Shown: positions 20,144 through 28,055, counted from the first letter of the stretch. The stretch is DNA of 64,000 bases from an uncultured SAR86 cluster bacterium (GCA_902566305.1 CACFIK010000006.1:1731-65730), one strand, 5' to 3'. Notes: generated by a model from the sequence alone, not told the origin. Made by a program: numbers and translations.

Positions 20144-21592
20144 TTATTGAAAGTTGGGAGGAATCCTAAATCCTCCTCTCAGATCTCTAATCATTTTTGC
20201 CACCTCAATGCACGTTAAGTCATGTAAGTAGGGACCAATTATTTGAAGATTTACAGGTAAACCACTCGAAGTGAGCCCAATTGGTGTGCTTGTACTAGGT
20301 AAATTGGCTGTAACAACAGGCCCTGCCCAGATGGTAGTATGCCAATACTGCTTTTCTTTTCCATTAACATTAATGGTTCTTTCAATTAAAGGATCATGAT
20401 TATGTTTGAACGCAGGAACAGCGCAAACAGGAGATAGCATCACATCATAATGTTCAAAAAACTTTAACCATTTCTGCTTAATAAAATGCCTTCTTGCATT
20501 GTTAACAACGTAATCTCTCGCCCTCAGAGAAACGCCTCTGGTAATTTTTGCAAGCTCAGATAAGTCTGAATCATCCAACTCTTCAGCTAAAGCATCTGCA
20601 GTTGCCAGAGTTTCTTTATCTCCACCTGCAGACATAATTGGGTGCACCAATTTACTGTATAAGTCATCTACTTCATCAAAAGTAAAAGGAGGCGCAACTG
20701 TTTCCACTTTTGCCCCTGCTGATCTCAAATCTTCTGCCGTATCACTGATTAACTTGTTTATTTCTTCATCAACTTCTGCTGATTTTTCCTCAGGCCAAAC
20801 TGCAACTTTAAGTTTAGTTATATCAGTCACTTTAGGTTTTGGTAACTTAATACTCCAAGCTATCTCATCTTGACCTTGAGGTGCTGCCAAAACATTCATT
20901 GCTATTTCAAGGTCTTCTGGACTTCTAGCTAATGGTCCAGCTACTGATAATCCATTTCCAGTCAGAATAAAGCCGGGTGGAGGAGGTAGATGTCCAACTT
21001 CTGAGACAATATTGTAGGAAGGTTTATGCCCAAACACTCCACAAAAATGAGCAGGAGTCCTAATTGAACCTCCTATATCTGATCCAAGCTCAAGTGGAGT
21101 CATACCAGCAGCGAGTGCTGCCGCTGACCCACCAGAAGATCCCCCAGGAGTTCTTTCCAAATCCCATGGATTGTTTGTTACTCCATAAATATCGTTGTAA
21201 CTTTGAATATCAGCTGAGTGATACGGTACGTTTGTTTTTCCAAAAATTATTGCTCCCGCATTAACTAATCGTTGAACTGCTTCAGCATTTTTAGAGGGAA
21301 CGTTATCCTTCCAATTTGGATCTCCTCCAGTAGATACCATGCCTTCAACTTCATATGCATCTTTTATGGTCATCGGTATGCCGTGAAAAGGACCTAAAGA
21401 TTTTCCTTGCTCAGTTAATTTGTCAGCCTCTTTGGCTTTATCCATAGCTGTCTCTGCATCTAGAGTAACCACGGCATTTACATCAGAGTTTTTTGCATTT
21501 ATTTGAGTTAATAAATTTTCTAGAATTTCTACTGAAGTTATCTCTTTATCCCTAATTAAACCGATTAATTCATGTGTATTTTTATAAATCAT
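20144..21592 (-). CDS. Amidase (amidase signature family)
   Basis: GIPMTIKD, GKTNVP, GGSSGGSAAA, GSDIGGSIR; ATG 21592 has a GGAG RBS (alternative start 21604). Confidence 0.93.
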   Translation of the reverse strand: MIYKNTHELIGLIRDKEITSVEILENLLTQINAKNSDVNAVVTLDAETAMDKAKEADKLTEQGKSLGPFHGIPMTIKDAYEVEGMVSTGGDPNWKDNVPSKNAEAVQRLVNAGAIIFGKTNVPYHSADIQSYNDIYGVTNNPWDLERTPGGSSGGSAAALAAGMTPLELGSDIGGSIRTPAHFCGVFGHKPSYNIVSEVGHLPPPPGFILTGNGLSVAGPLARSPEDLEIAMNVLAAPQGQDEIAWSIKLPKPKVTDITKLKVAVWPEEKSAEVDEEINKLISDTAEDLRSAGAKVETVAPPFTFDEVDDLYSKLVHPIMSAGGDKETLATADALAEELDDSDLSELAKITRGVSLRARDYVVNNARRHFIKQKWLKFFEHYDVMLSPVCAVPAFKHNHDPLIERTINVNGKEKQYWHTTIWAGPVVTANLPSTSTPIGLTSSGLPVNLQIIGPYLHDLTCIEVAKMIRDLRGGFRIPPNFQ

Positions 21593-21680
21593 TGAATCTC
21601 CCATTACTTCAGTGATTAGTTTATTTTACATATTGATTATTCATTTTCTTTATGTCAATTTAAGTTACACGGAGGATATT

Positions 21681-22070
21681 ATGTTTAGTCATGTAATGGT
21701 GGGTGCTAACGATATAGAAGCATCAAAAAAATTCTACGATAAAGTCATGGGGGTTTTAGGTGCAGATGAAGGTAGGTTGTTTTCAAATTTAACAGGTCAA
21801 AAAAGATATTTTTATTTTTTAGAAGGAATGACCTTTTGTGTTTCTGAACCTATCGATAATCAACCTGCCACTTCAGGTAACGGATCCACTATAGGTTTTA
21901 ATATAAAAGATGAAGCTATGGGCGATGAATGGCACAAGGTTGGTGTAGAAAATGGTGGAGTATCCATTGAAGAGCCACCCGGAATCAGACAATACGAAGA
22001 GATTAAAATTTATTTAGCTTATCTAAGAGATCCATCTGGAAACAAATTATGTGCGATTAAAAGATTGTAA
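21681..22070 (+). CDS. VOC/glyoxalase family protein
   Basis: MFSHVMVG.ND...S..FYD, GNGST, YLAYLRDP.GNK; GGAGG RBS before ATG 21681. Confidence 0.9.
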   Translation: MFSHVMVGANDIEASKKFYDKVMGVLGADEGRLFSNLTGQKRYFYFLEGMTFCVSEPIDNQPATSGNGSTIGFNIKDEAMGDEWHKVGVENGGVSIEEPPGIRQYEEIKIYLAYLRDPSGNKLCAIKRL

Positions 22071-22081
22071 TCACTTCGATC

Positions 22082-23017
22082 ATGAAAGCTGTTTCATATG
22101 CACAGGGAAAGGTAAACTTTAACGCTAACGCACCAACTCCAAAAGGTGACGGTGTTTTAGTTGATATCGTTGCGGCTGGAATTTGTGGTAGTGATCTACA
22201 TTTATTACATTCAGGAGCACATTCCCCTCACGTTGCAGGACACGAAATAGCTGGGATAACTCCTAATGGTAAGCATGTTGCAATTGAACCTATCATTCCT
22301 TGTTGGGATTGTGATTTATGCCATAAAGGTGACTATCATATTTGCAAAAATAATTCTGAGGGTCTAGGCATATCATCAAATGGGGGGATGGCTGAACAAA
22401 TACTTGTTCCTGAACATTGCTTGTTTGAGCTGGATAAGAAAGTTCCTTTGCAAGATGGATGTCTTGTTGAACCATTGGCAGTATCCCTTCATGGCTTAAT
22501 AAAAACCAATACAAACGAAAGACATAAAGTAGCAGTTATTGGAGGCGGCACAATTGGTTTATGTACTGTTCTTGCCGCTAAACATTTAGGCTGTCATGTT
22601 GATCTGTATGCAAAGTATGATCATCAAAAGGAAGCAGGACTTAAATTAGGAGCAGGAGAATTATCAGGACAATATGATCGGGTAGTTGATTGTGTCGCAA
22701 ATGATCAAACCCTAGAATTATCTGCAAAAACTGCCAAACCTGGATCCTGGGTCATTCTTTTGGGAATTCCTTTGAACGGGATAAATTTACCTGGAATGAG
22801 AATGATCATGAACGAAATTCAAGTATTTCCTTCTATTATGTACAGTTCTACGAATGGGGTAAGAGATTTTTCTGTTGCAGCAAAATTAATATCTCAAAAC
22901 ACAGATATAGGAAAAACTATCATTTCTCACAGATTTAATCTGGAAGATGCCAAAGAAGCCTTTCGTATAGCTGATGATAAAAATTCTGGCAGTATTAAAG
23001 TAGTTTTTAATAATTAG
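22082..23017 (+). CDS. Zinc-dependent alcohol dehydrogenase (MDR)
   Basis: GICGSDLH, GHE, C..C..C.......C structural Zn site, EPLAV, GGGTIG. Confidence 0.92.
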   Translation: MKAVSYAQGKVNFNANAPTPKGDGVLVDIVAAGICGSDLHLLHSGAHSPHVAGHEIAGITPNGKHVAIEPIIPCWDCDLCHKGDYHICKNNSEGLGISSNGGMAEQILVPEHCLFELDKKVPLQDGCLVEPLAVSLHGLIKTNTNERHKVAVIGGGTIGLCTVLAAKHLGCHVDLYAKYDHQKEAGLKLGAGELSGQYDRVVDCVANDQTLELSAKTAKPGSWVILLGIPLNGINLPGMRMIMNEIQVFPSIMYSSTNGVRDFSVAAKLISQNTDIGKTIISHRFNLEDAKEAFRIADDKNSGSIKVVFNN

Positions 23018-23022
23018 AAAAG

Positions 23023-23679
23023 ATGAATCTATTAGCAGGCTCAACAGGATTTTTAGGAAACGAAATACTAAATGAATTAAGTTCAACAAATAGTAAGACC
23101 ATAGCTATAAGCAGAAGAAATATAAATTACTTACCAGTTGACGCTGAACAGTTGATTGTTGATTTCAATAAACTATCAGAATTAGATTTACCCAAAATAG
23201 ACAATCTATTTCTTTCCTTAGGGTATCCACTTTATTTTCACAACGTAATGGGCGTTATGAATGAAAACCTAAAGAATAATTTATGCTTAGTAGACTTTAC
23301 TTATCAACTTGAAATAGCAAAAAAAGCAAAAGATGCTGGTGCTAAAAATATATCGATTATTTCAGCAGTTGGCGCCAATCCTCATTCTTGGAATTATTAT
23401 TTAAAAACCAAGGGTCGCGTAGAGAATGAAATTATCAATATTGGATTTGATTCTACAAATATATTCCAACCTGGACATTTAAGAGGGAATAAATATCGAT
23501 TTGATATTCTTTTAGCCGATTTGGCTTCAATTTTTTTTGATCCTTTTTTACATGGATCTTTAAAAAAATTTAGAAGCATCTCAGCCAAAGCAGTTGCAAA
23601 GCAAGTGGTTAACAATTCTTTAAATAGTAAATCTGGAATCAATTATTTCGATTTCAAAGATTTTGATTCCTGGAGATGA
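23023..23679 (+). CDS. NAD(P)-binding Rossmann protein (YraR/TIP30-like)
   Basis: AGSTGFLG, VDF.Y, ISAVGAN, Y.KTKG.VE, IFQP. Confidence 0.8.
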   Translation: MNLLAGSTGFLGNEILNELSSTNSKTIAISRRNINYLPVDAEQLIVDFNKLSELDLPKIDNLFLSLGYPLYFHNVMGVMNENLKNNLCLVDFTYQLEIAKKAKDAGAKNISIISAVGANPHSWNYYLKTKGRVENEIINIGFDSTNIFQPGHLRGNKYRFDILLADLASIFFDPFLHGSLKKFRSISAKAVAKQVVNNSLNSKSGINYFDFKDFDSWR

Positions 23680-23680
23680 T

Positions 23681-24046
23681 ATGCAAAAAAATATATTTAA
23701 CGAAGATATAGAAGAATGTTGTACAAATCCAATAACAGGTTTTTACAGAGATGGATTTTGTAATACTGATCAATTAGATTTTGGAACGCATACAGTTTGC
23801 ACGTTGATAACTAATGATTTTTTAGAATTTTCAAAAAGTATGGGAAATGATCTATCCACGCCTAGACCAGAATTTGATTTTCCAGGATTAAAAGAAGGCG
23901 ATAAGTGGTGTGTCTGTGCAAATAGATGGCTTGAAGCATACGAAAATGGAAAGGCACCTATGGTCTACTTAAGAAAAAGCCATCAAAAATCTACATCAAT
24001 AATTGATATTGAGATTTTAAAAAAATATGCATTAGATTTAGAGTAG
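23681..24046 (+). CDS. DUF2237 family protein
   Basis: P.TGFYRDG.C, GNDLSTPRPE..FPGL..GD.WC.CA.RW; GGAG before ATG 23681. Confidence 0.88.
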   Translation: MQKNIFNEDIEECCTNPITGFYRDGFCNTDQLDFGTHTVCTLITNDFLEFSKSMGNDLSTPRPEFDFPGLKEGDKWCVCANRWLEAYENGKAPMVYLRKSHQKSTSIIDIEILKKYALDLE

Positions 24047-24052
24047 AAGTTT

Positions 24053-25285
24053 ATGCGAGTCTTACAAGATATTTTTCAAAAAAACAGCATTAATTATGGT
24101 TGGGTTATGGTCGTTGTTGTTTTTACTCTGAGTGGGCTTGCTTTTGGATCTATGGCTTCAATATCCGTGTTTTTAAAGCCAGTGTCTCTTGAATTTGACT
24201 GGTCTAGAGGACAAACCTCTTTTGCTTACACAGTGGCATCTTTTTCATCAGCTGCATTCGGTGTTTTTTGGGGTTACGTGGCAGATAAATATGGAACTAA
24301 ATGGTTTGGTCTAGCAGGCGCTGTAAGCATGGGCTTTATTCTATTCTCATTAAGTTCACTCGATTCAATTTATAAGTTTTACCTTTTATATTTTTTATTT
24401 GGAGCTTTTGGATCAGCTCTGTTGTTTTCACCTTTGTATGCAAATGTCGGATTCTGGTTCAGAGAGAATCCTGGTCTTGCATTAGGTATTGCTGCATCTG
24501 GCGGCGCTGTTGGGCAGGCATTTATTCCTCACATAAGTGGTATATTGATAGAAGCATCAGGGTGGAGAGATGCGTATATTTATTTAGCTTTAATATACTT
24601 GGCAATATCTTTACCTATTGCTTTATTAATTCAGGAATCACCATGGAGGGAAGGAGCGAGACAAGATGCAGAAATAGAAGAAAGGGATTTTCCCTTATCT
24701 GAAAAAGCAGTCGTAGTATGGATAAGTTTTGCAGTTATTTTTTGTTGTGTGTGCATGTCAGTACCGATAATGCATCTAGTTCCACTATTAACCGATAAAG
24801 GTTTCTCATTAGAATTTTCCACATTTGTGTTAATGCTCTTAATGATTTGTGGAGCTTTTGGAAGAATTTTTGGGGGTATGCTTGGAGATTATATTGGAGC
24901 ATTGCCCGGCTATATATTAATGTCATTGGGGCAAACTATTTTTGTGGTTTGGTTCCCACATTTAGTTTCACCTTTCGGCATCTATTTAATTGCCGCTTTG
25001 TTTGGATTTACCTATTCTGGCGTCATGTCTAGTATTTTAGTCTGCACAAGAATGATGGTATCAGCAAAGTTTGGAGCCAGAGCCATGAGCATCACTTCAT
25101 TTTTTGGTTGGATAGGAATGGGCCTGGGAGGTTTTCTGGGAGGCTATCTCTTTGATATTTACGGAGATTACACTTTAGCATTCACTATCGCAGGCATATC
25201 TGGAATTATAAATCTGATTTTTCTTACAATTTTCTTTTTGCAAATCAGAAGAAACAGTAATCCAGCTATAGAATTTCAATCTTAG
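24053..25285 (+). CDS. MFS transporter (MCT/OFA-like)
   Basis: About 12 hydrophobic segments; G..ADKYG, WF....GLA.GI, GG.LFD..G.Y. Confidence 0.9.
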   Translation: MRVLQDIFQKNSINYGWVMVVVVFTLSGLAFGSMASISVFLKPVSLEFDWSRGQTSFAYTVASFSSAAFGVFWGYVADKYGTKWFGLAGAVSMGFILFSLSSLDSIYKFYLLYFLFGAFGSALLFSPLYANVGFWFRENPGLALGIAASGGAVGQAFIPHISGILIEASGWRDAYIYLALIYLAISLPIALLIQESPWREGARQDAEIEERDFPLSEKAVVVWISFAVIFCCVCMSVPIMHLVPLLTDKGFSLEFSTFVLMLLMICGAFGRIFGGMLGDYIGALPGYILMSLGQTIFVVWFPHLVSPFGIYLIAALFGFTYSGVMSSILVCTRMMVSAKFGARAMSITSFFGWIGMGLGGFLGGYLFDIYGDYTLAFTIAGISGIINLIFLTIFFLQIRRNSNPAIEFQS

Positions 25286-25310
25286 TTGGAAAAATTATAA
25301 TTGCTTCCTT

Positions 25311-25400
25311 TAAAATCTTTCATCGATCTGAAACTCATATAGAATAAGCAAACCAAAAAGGAGGGGTGGCAGAGTCTGGTTGAATGCACTGGTCTTGAAA
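25311..25400 (+). repeat. Direct repeat copy 1 (attL-like): tRNA promoter + tRNA-Ser 5' half
   Basis: 90 bp identical to 27069-27158 except two substitutions in the upstream part; ends exactly at the end of the anticodon loop CTTGAAA. Confidence 0.95.
25360..25400 (+). pseudogene. Truncated tRNA-Ser(TGA), 5' half only
   Basis: GGAGGGGTGGCAGAGTCTGGTTGAATGCACTGGTCTTGAAA followed by unrelated sequence. Confidence 0.93.
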
Positions 25401-25516
25401 TTTTTACTCCACCTTTTACTTAAATCACTCCATTTCACAAAAACCCTTATAAAACCTACGGTTTATTTAATATTTACAAACAAGCTGTAACATTTAGAAA
25501 TACCCAGAAATAATTT

Positions 25517-25531
25517 ATTGGGGTACAAATT
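25517..25531 (+). repeat. 15-bp repeat, putative integrase arm-type site (left)
   Basis: ATTGGGGTACAAATT, identical to 27037-27051. Confidence 0.6.
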
Positions 25532-25708
25532 GTTAACTTTAATTCAATGCTGAAAAGGGGAGTCTAAAAGAACACTAAGCTCGCGAATCACCCACTAGAT
25601 AAGTTGCTAGACAGTACCTTTGTATAGGGGGTTAAATATAAAAATGGAATTATGGATGATTGGCATAGGGATATTGGTGATCTTCGTAGCATCATTTTTT
25701 GGAGAAAA

Positions 25709-26914
25709 ATGTTAAAAAAAATATTAGCTCTACTGACAATCATTGCTTTGATTGTGATCTTTATGTACAAAGATTTGTATACTCGAGTGACAGTTCTCGG
25801 GACTCTTTTTTCAGGAGAAGAGCAGTATGAAAATTTAAATAGGTTCTATAAATTCATTGATTCATCAACTTTATCGCCCTCTTCTAATCCTTTAAATTTT
25901 AAATCCAGTAAAACTATATCTTTACCATCAAGCTTTAATTTCAATGATGCAGTAATTGGAACTGAGAATTTTCTCCAGCGAACAGACACTAGCGCTTTAT
26001 TGATTCTACAAAATGGAAGAATTCAATTTGAAAAGTACTGGTTAACTGGAGGAGAAAATGTTCAGTGGATGTCTATGTCTGTTGCCAAAAGCTTTATTTC
26101 TGCTCTAGTTGGCATTGCAATAAGAGATGGTCATATCAACAATATAGAAGAGGCAATTTCAGATTATGTGCCTGAATTAAAAAATTCACCATATAACAAC
26201 GTGCGTATAAAAGATGTGCTACAAATGTCTTCCGGCGCATCATGGAACGAGGATTACAGTGATCCTGAATCAGATATAAATCGATGGGCTAAAATTTTTG
26301 CTTTGGGCGGTTCGTTCGATGAATTTATTCAAACCTTAAGTGATGACTTCAAACCTGGAACAAGAAATCGTTACAATTCCATGGATACTCAAGCTCTTGG
26401 CATGTTAGTTAATCGGGCTACGGGAAAAACAATTACTAACTACATGACAGAAATGCTCTGGCATCCGATGGGTGCTTCTAATGAGGGTTATTGGCTACTT
26501 GATTCTGAAGGCATGGAAATGGCATTTGCTGGACTAAATATCACAGCAAGAGATTATGCAAAATTTGGAGAGCTTTACCGTTTAGATGGCAAATTAAATG
26601 GACAACAAATTGTTCCTAAATCTTGGGTAAAAGATTCGATCACCCCAGATGGACCTCATCTAACTCCAGGGGATAATCCTCTTTCTGATTACCCCTTGGG
26701 ATATGGCTATCAGTGGTGGGTGCCTGGAGGTGACAAAGGTGAATTCATGGCAATTGGGATTTACAACCAAATGATTTATGTTGCACCAGAATCCAACATG
26801 GTAATTGTCAAATTATCTGCTAACAGCTCATATGGGACTGCTGAAGACACAGGTATTGCGAGCGAACTTGAGACAATTGAATTTTTTAGAGCTATTGCAA
26901 ACAAGAGCCTTTAA
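25709..26914 (+). CDS. Serine hydrolase, beta-lactamase/NylB (6-aminohexanoate-dimer hydrolase)-like, N-terminal anchor
   Basis: SVAK (SxxK), YNS, YGYQWW, AIGIYNQ; GGAG RBS before ATG 25709. Confidence 0.9.
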   Translation: MLKKILALLTIIALIVIFMYKDLYTRVTVLGTLFSGEEQYENLNRFYKFIDSSTLSPSSNPLNFKSSKTISLPSSFNFNDAVIGTENFLQRTDTSALLILQNGRIQFEKYWLTGGENVQWMSMSVAKSFISALVGIAIRDGHINNIEEAISDYVPELKNSPYNNVRIKDVLQMSSGASWNEDYSDPESDINRWAKIFALGGSFDEFIQTLSDDFKPGTRNRYNSMDTQALGMLVNRATGKTITNYMTEMLWHPMGASNEGYWLLDSEGMEMAFAGLNITARDYAKFGELYRLDGKLNGQQIVPKSWVKDSITPDGPHLTPGDNPLSDYPLGYGYQWWVPGGDKGEFMAIGIYNQMIYVAPESNMVIVKLSANSSYGTAEDTGIASELETIEFFRAIANKSL

Positions 26915-26918
26915 TTAA

Positions 26919-27032
26919 TTTACTCTTTATTTTATAAATAAAGATTTAAAAACAGTCCAAAGCATCCAAAACCATATGGATGGTTCAAACAGCGAATATT
27001 TTAATAAAATAAGAAAGCGATCACTAAACTGA
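26919..27032 (+). pseudogene. Possible C-terminal remnant of a tyrosine recombinase/integrase
   Basis: Start-less frame FTLYFINKDLKTVQSIQNHMDGSNSEY.. resembles Xer/Int box II (DLR.VQELLGH.DISTT.IY); ends at the arm-like repeats. Confidence 0.45.
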
Positions 27033-27051
27033 ACAAATTGGGGTACAAATT
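27031..27051 (+). repeat. Tandem G(A/T)ACAAATT repeats (12-bp period), putative arm-type sites (right)
   Basis: GAACAAATTGGG GTACAAATT; includes the 15-mer shared with 25517-25531. Confidence 0.6.
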
Positions 27052-27068
27052 CCTATTTATTCCCCAAG

Positions 27069-27158
27069 TAAAATCTTTCATCGTTCTGAAACTCATATAG
27101 AATAGGCAAACCAAAAAGGAGGGGTGGCAGAGTCTGGTTGAATGCACTGGTCTTGAAA
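27069..27158 (+). repeat. Direct repeat copy 2 (attR-like), overlapping the intact tRNA
   Basis: Matches 25311-25400; contains -10 TAGAAT at 27098-27103. Confidence 0.95.
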
Positions 27159-27209
27159 ACCAGCAGGTCAGAAATGGCCTCGTGGGTTCGAATCCCACCC
27201 CCTCCGCCA
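27118..27209 (+). tRNA. tRNA-Ser (anticodon TGA)
   Basis: Acceptor stem GGAGGGG/CCCCTCC + GCCA, anticodon arm CTGGT-CTTGAAA-ACCAG, long variable arm, GTTCGAATCC T-loop. Confidence 0.98.
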
Positions 27210-27216
27210 TAAAAAA

Positions 27217-27747
27217 ATGAATATTTGCGTCTTTCTAGGTTCATCAATTGGTAAGGATCCTCTCTATGCCGAAACAGCCTTTGAATTAGGTAAACAAATT
27301 GCTATGGCTAATCATAAGCTTGTTTATGGAGGAGGAGGGCTAGGATTAATGAATGAGCTTGCAAACGGCTGCCTTTCTGCAGGAGGTGACATATATGGTG
27401 TTATTACTGAGAGATTACTTGATATGGAGGCTGGCCATGAGGGTATCCAAGAATTAAAAATTGTTCAAACGATGCATGAAAGAAAAAAACTTATGTCAGA
27501 CGCTGCTGATTGTTTTATTTTGTTACCAGGAGGAGTTGGATCATATGAAGAGATCTTCGAAATCATGGCATGGAATCAACTTCAAATTATAGATAAGCCA
27601 ATTTTTATTCTAAACACGAACGGCTTTTATGATTCTTTAAAAATATTTCTTAAGAATGCAAAAGATGAAGGTTTTTTTAATGAAAAAACATTCAATATGT
27701 TCAATTTATATGACTCAATTGAAGAAATCTTATCTAAAATTGATTAA
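27217..27747 (+). CDS. LOG family nucleotide phosphoribohydrolase (TIGR00730)
   Basis: ICVF.GSS, LVYGGG..GLM, MHERK, LPGG.G..EE. Confidence 0.93.
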   Translation: MNICVFLGSSIGKDPLYAETAFELGKQIAMANHKLVYGGGGLGLMNELANGCLSAGGDIYGVITERLLDMEAGHEGIQELKIVQTMHERKKLMSDAADCFILLPGGVGSYEEIFEIMAWNQLQIIDKPIFILNTNGFYDSLKIFLKNAKDEGFFNEKTFNMFNLYDSIEEILSKID

Positions 27748-27835
27748 AAATTAACCAATTTGCTTTTTTATTTTATATATAAATATAAAAAATTTTTTTA
27801 ATAATTAATTAATCTTAAAAAGTGCATTTTGGGTA

Positions 27836-27863
27836 TTGAATCGAACAAAAAAATCATTAGTAT
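27836..27863 (+). promoter_or_regulatory. Putative sigma70 promoter with a very AT-rich upstream tract
   Basis: TTGAAT-16 nt-TAGTAT preceded by ~80 bp that is almost all A/T. Confidence 0.55.
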
Positions 27864-27869
27864 AGATAT

Positions 27870-28055
27870 CAGTCTTTTAACAAAATTTAATTAACTCGAG
27901 ACGATTAAACAGAAGTAAAAGATGAGAAGAAGAAGGGTGAGAAGAACTGAGGAAACTCAGCCACCTGCAGGGAGAAGGGTCAATCGCCTGCATCAGTAGA
28001 ACCCACTGAACCCCTTCAACTTCGATAAAACACCACTTTTGTGGTGTTTTTTTTT
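27870..28055 (+). ncRNA. Putative structured non-coding RNA of unknown family
   Basis: GC-richer island with three hairpins closed by a long-range stem, between a promoter and an intrinsic terminator; 5' end approximate. Confidence 0.65.
28027..28055 (+). terminator. Intrinsic terminator
   Basis: AAAACACCAC-TTTT-GTGGTGTTTT plus a T run. Confidence 0.9.

Larger units (their letters stand above)
25401..27158. mobile_element. Minimal integrative cassette inserted at the tRNA-Ser anticodon loop (no intact integrase)
   Basis: Flanked by the 90-bp direct repeat; ATTGGGGTACAAATT at both ends; one cargo gene; intergenic spaces unusually long for this genome. Confidence 0.8.

Noticed and set aside
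25709-26914. Beta-lactam resistance gene on a mobile cassette
   Set aside because: Motifs (SVAK, YNS, YGYQWW, no KTG triad) fit NylB-like esterases/amidases better than true class C beta-lactamases.
27001-27247. Minus-strand ORFs of 69 and 64 aa
   Set aside because: Antisense shadows of the tRNA-Ser gene (MAEGVGFEPT is the classic tRNA artefact).
27748-27835. Extremely AT-rich tract as a replication origin
   Set aside because: No DnaA boxes (TTATCCACA) seen and no origin-linked genes; better explained as the UP region of the downstream promoter.
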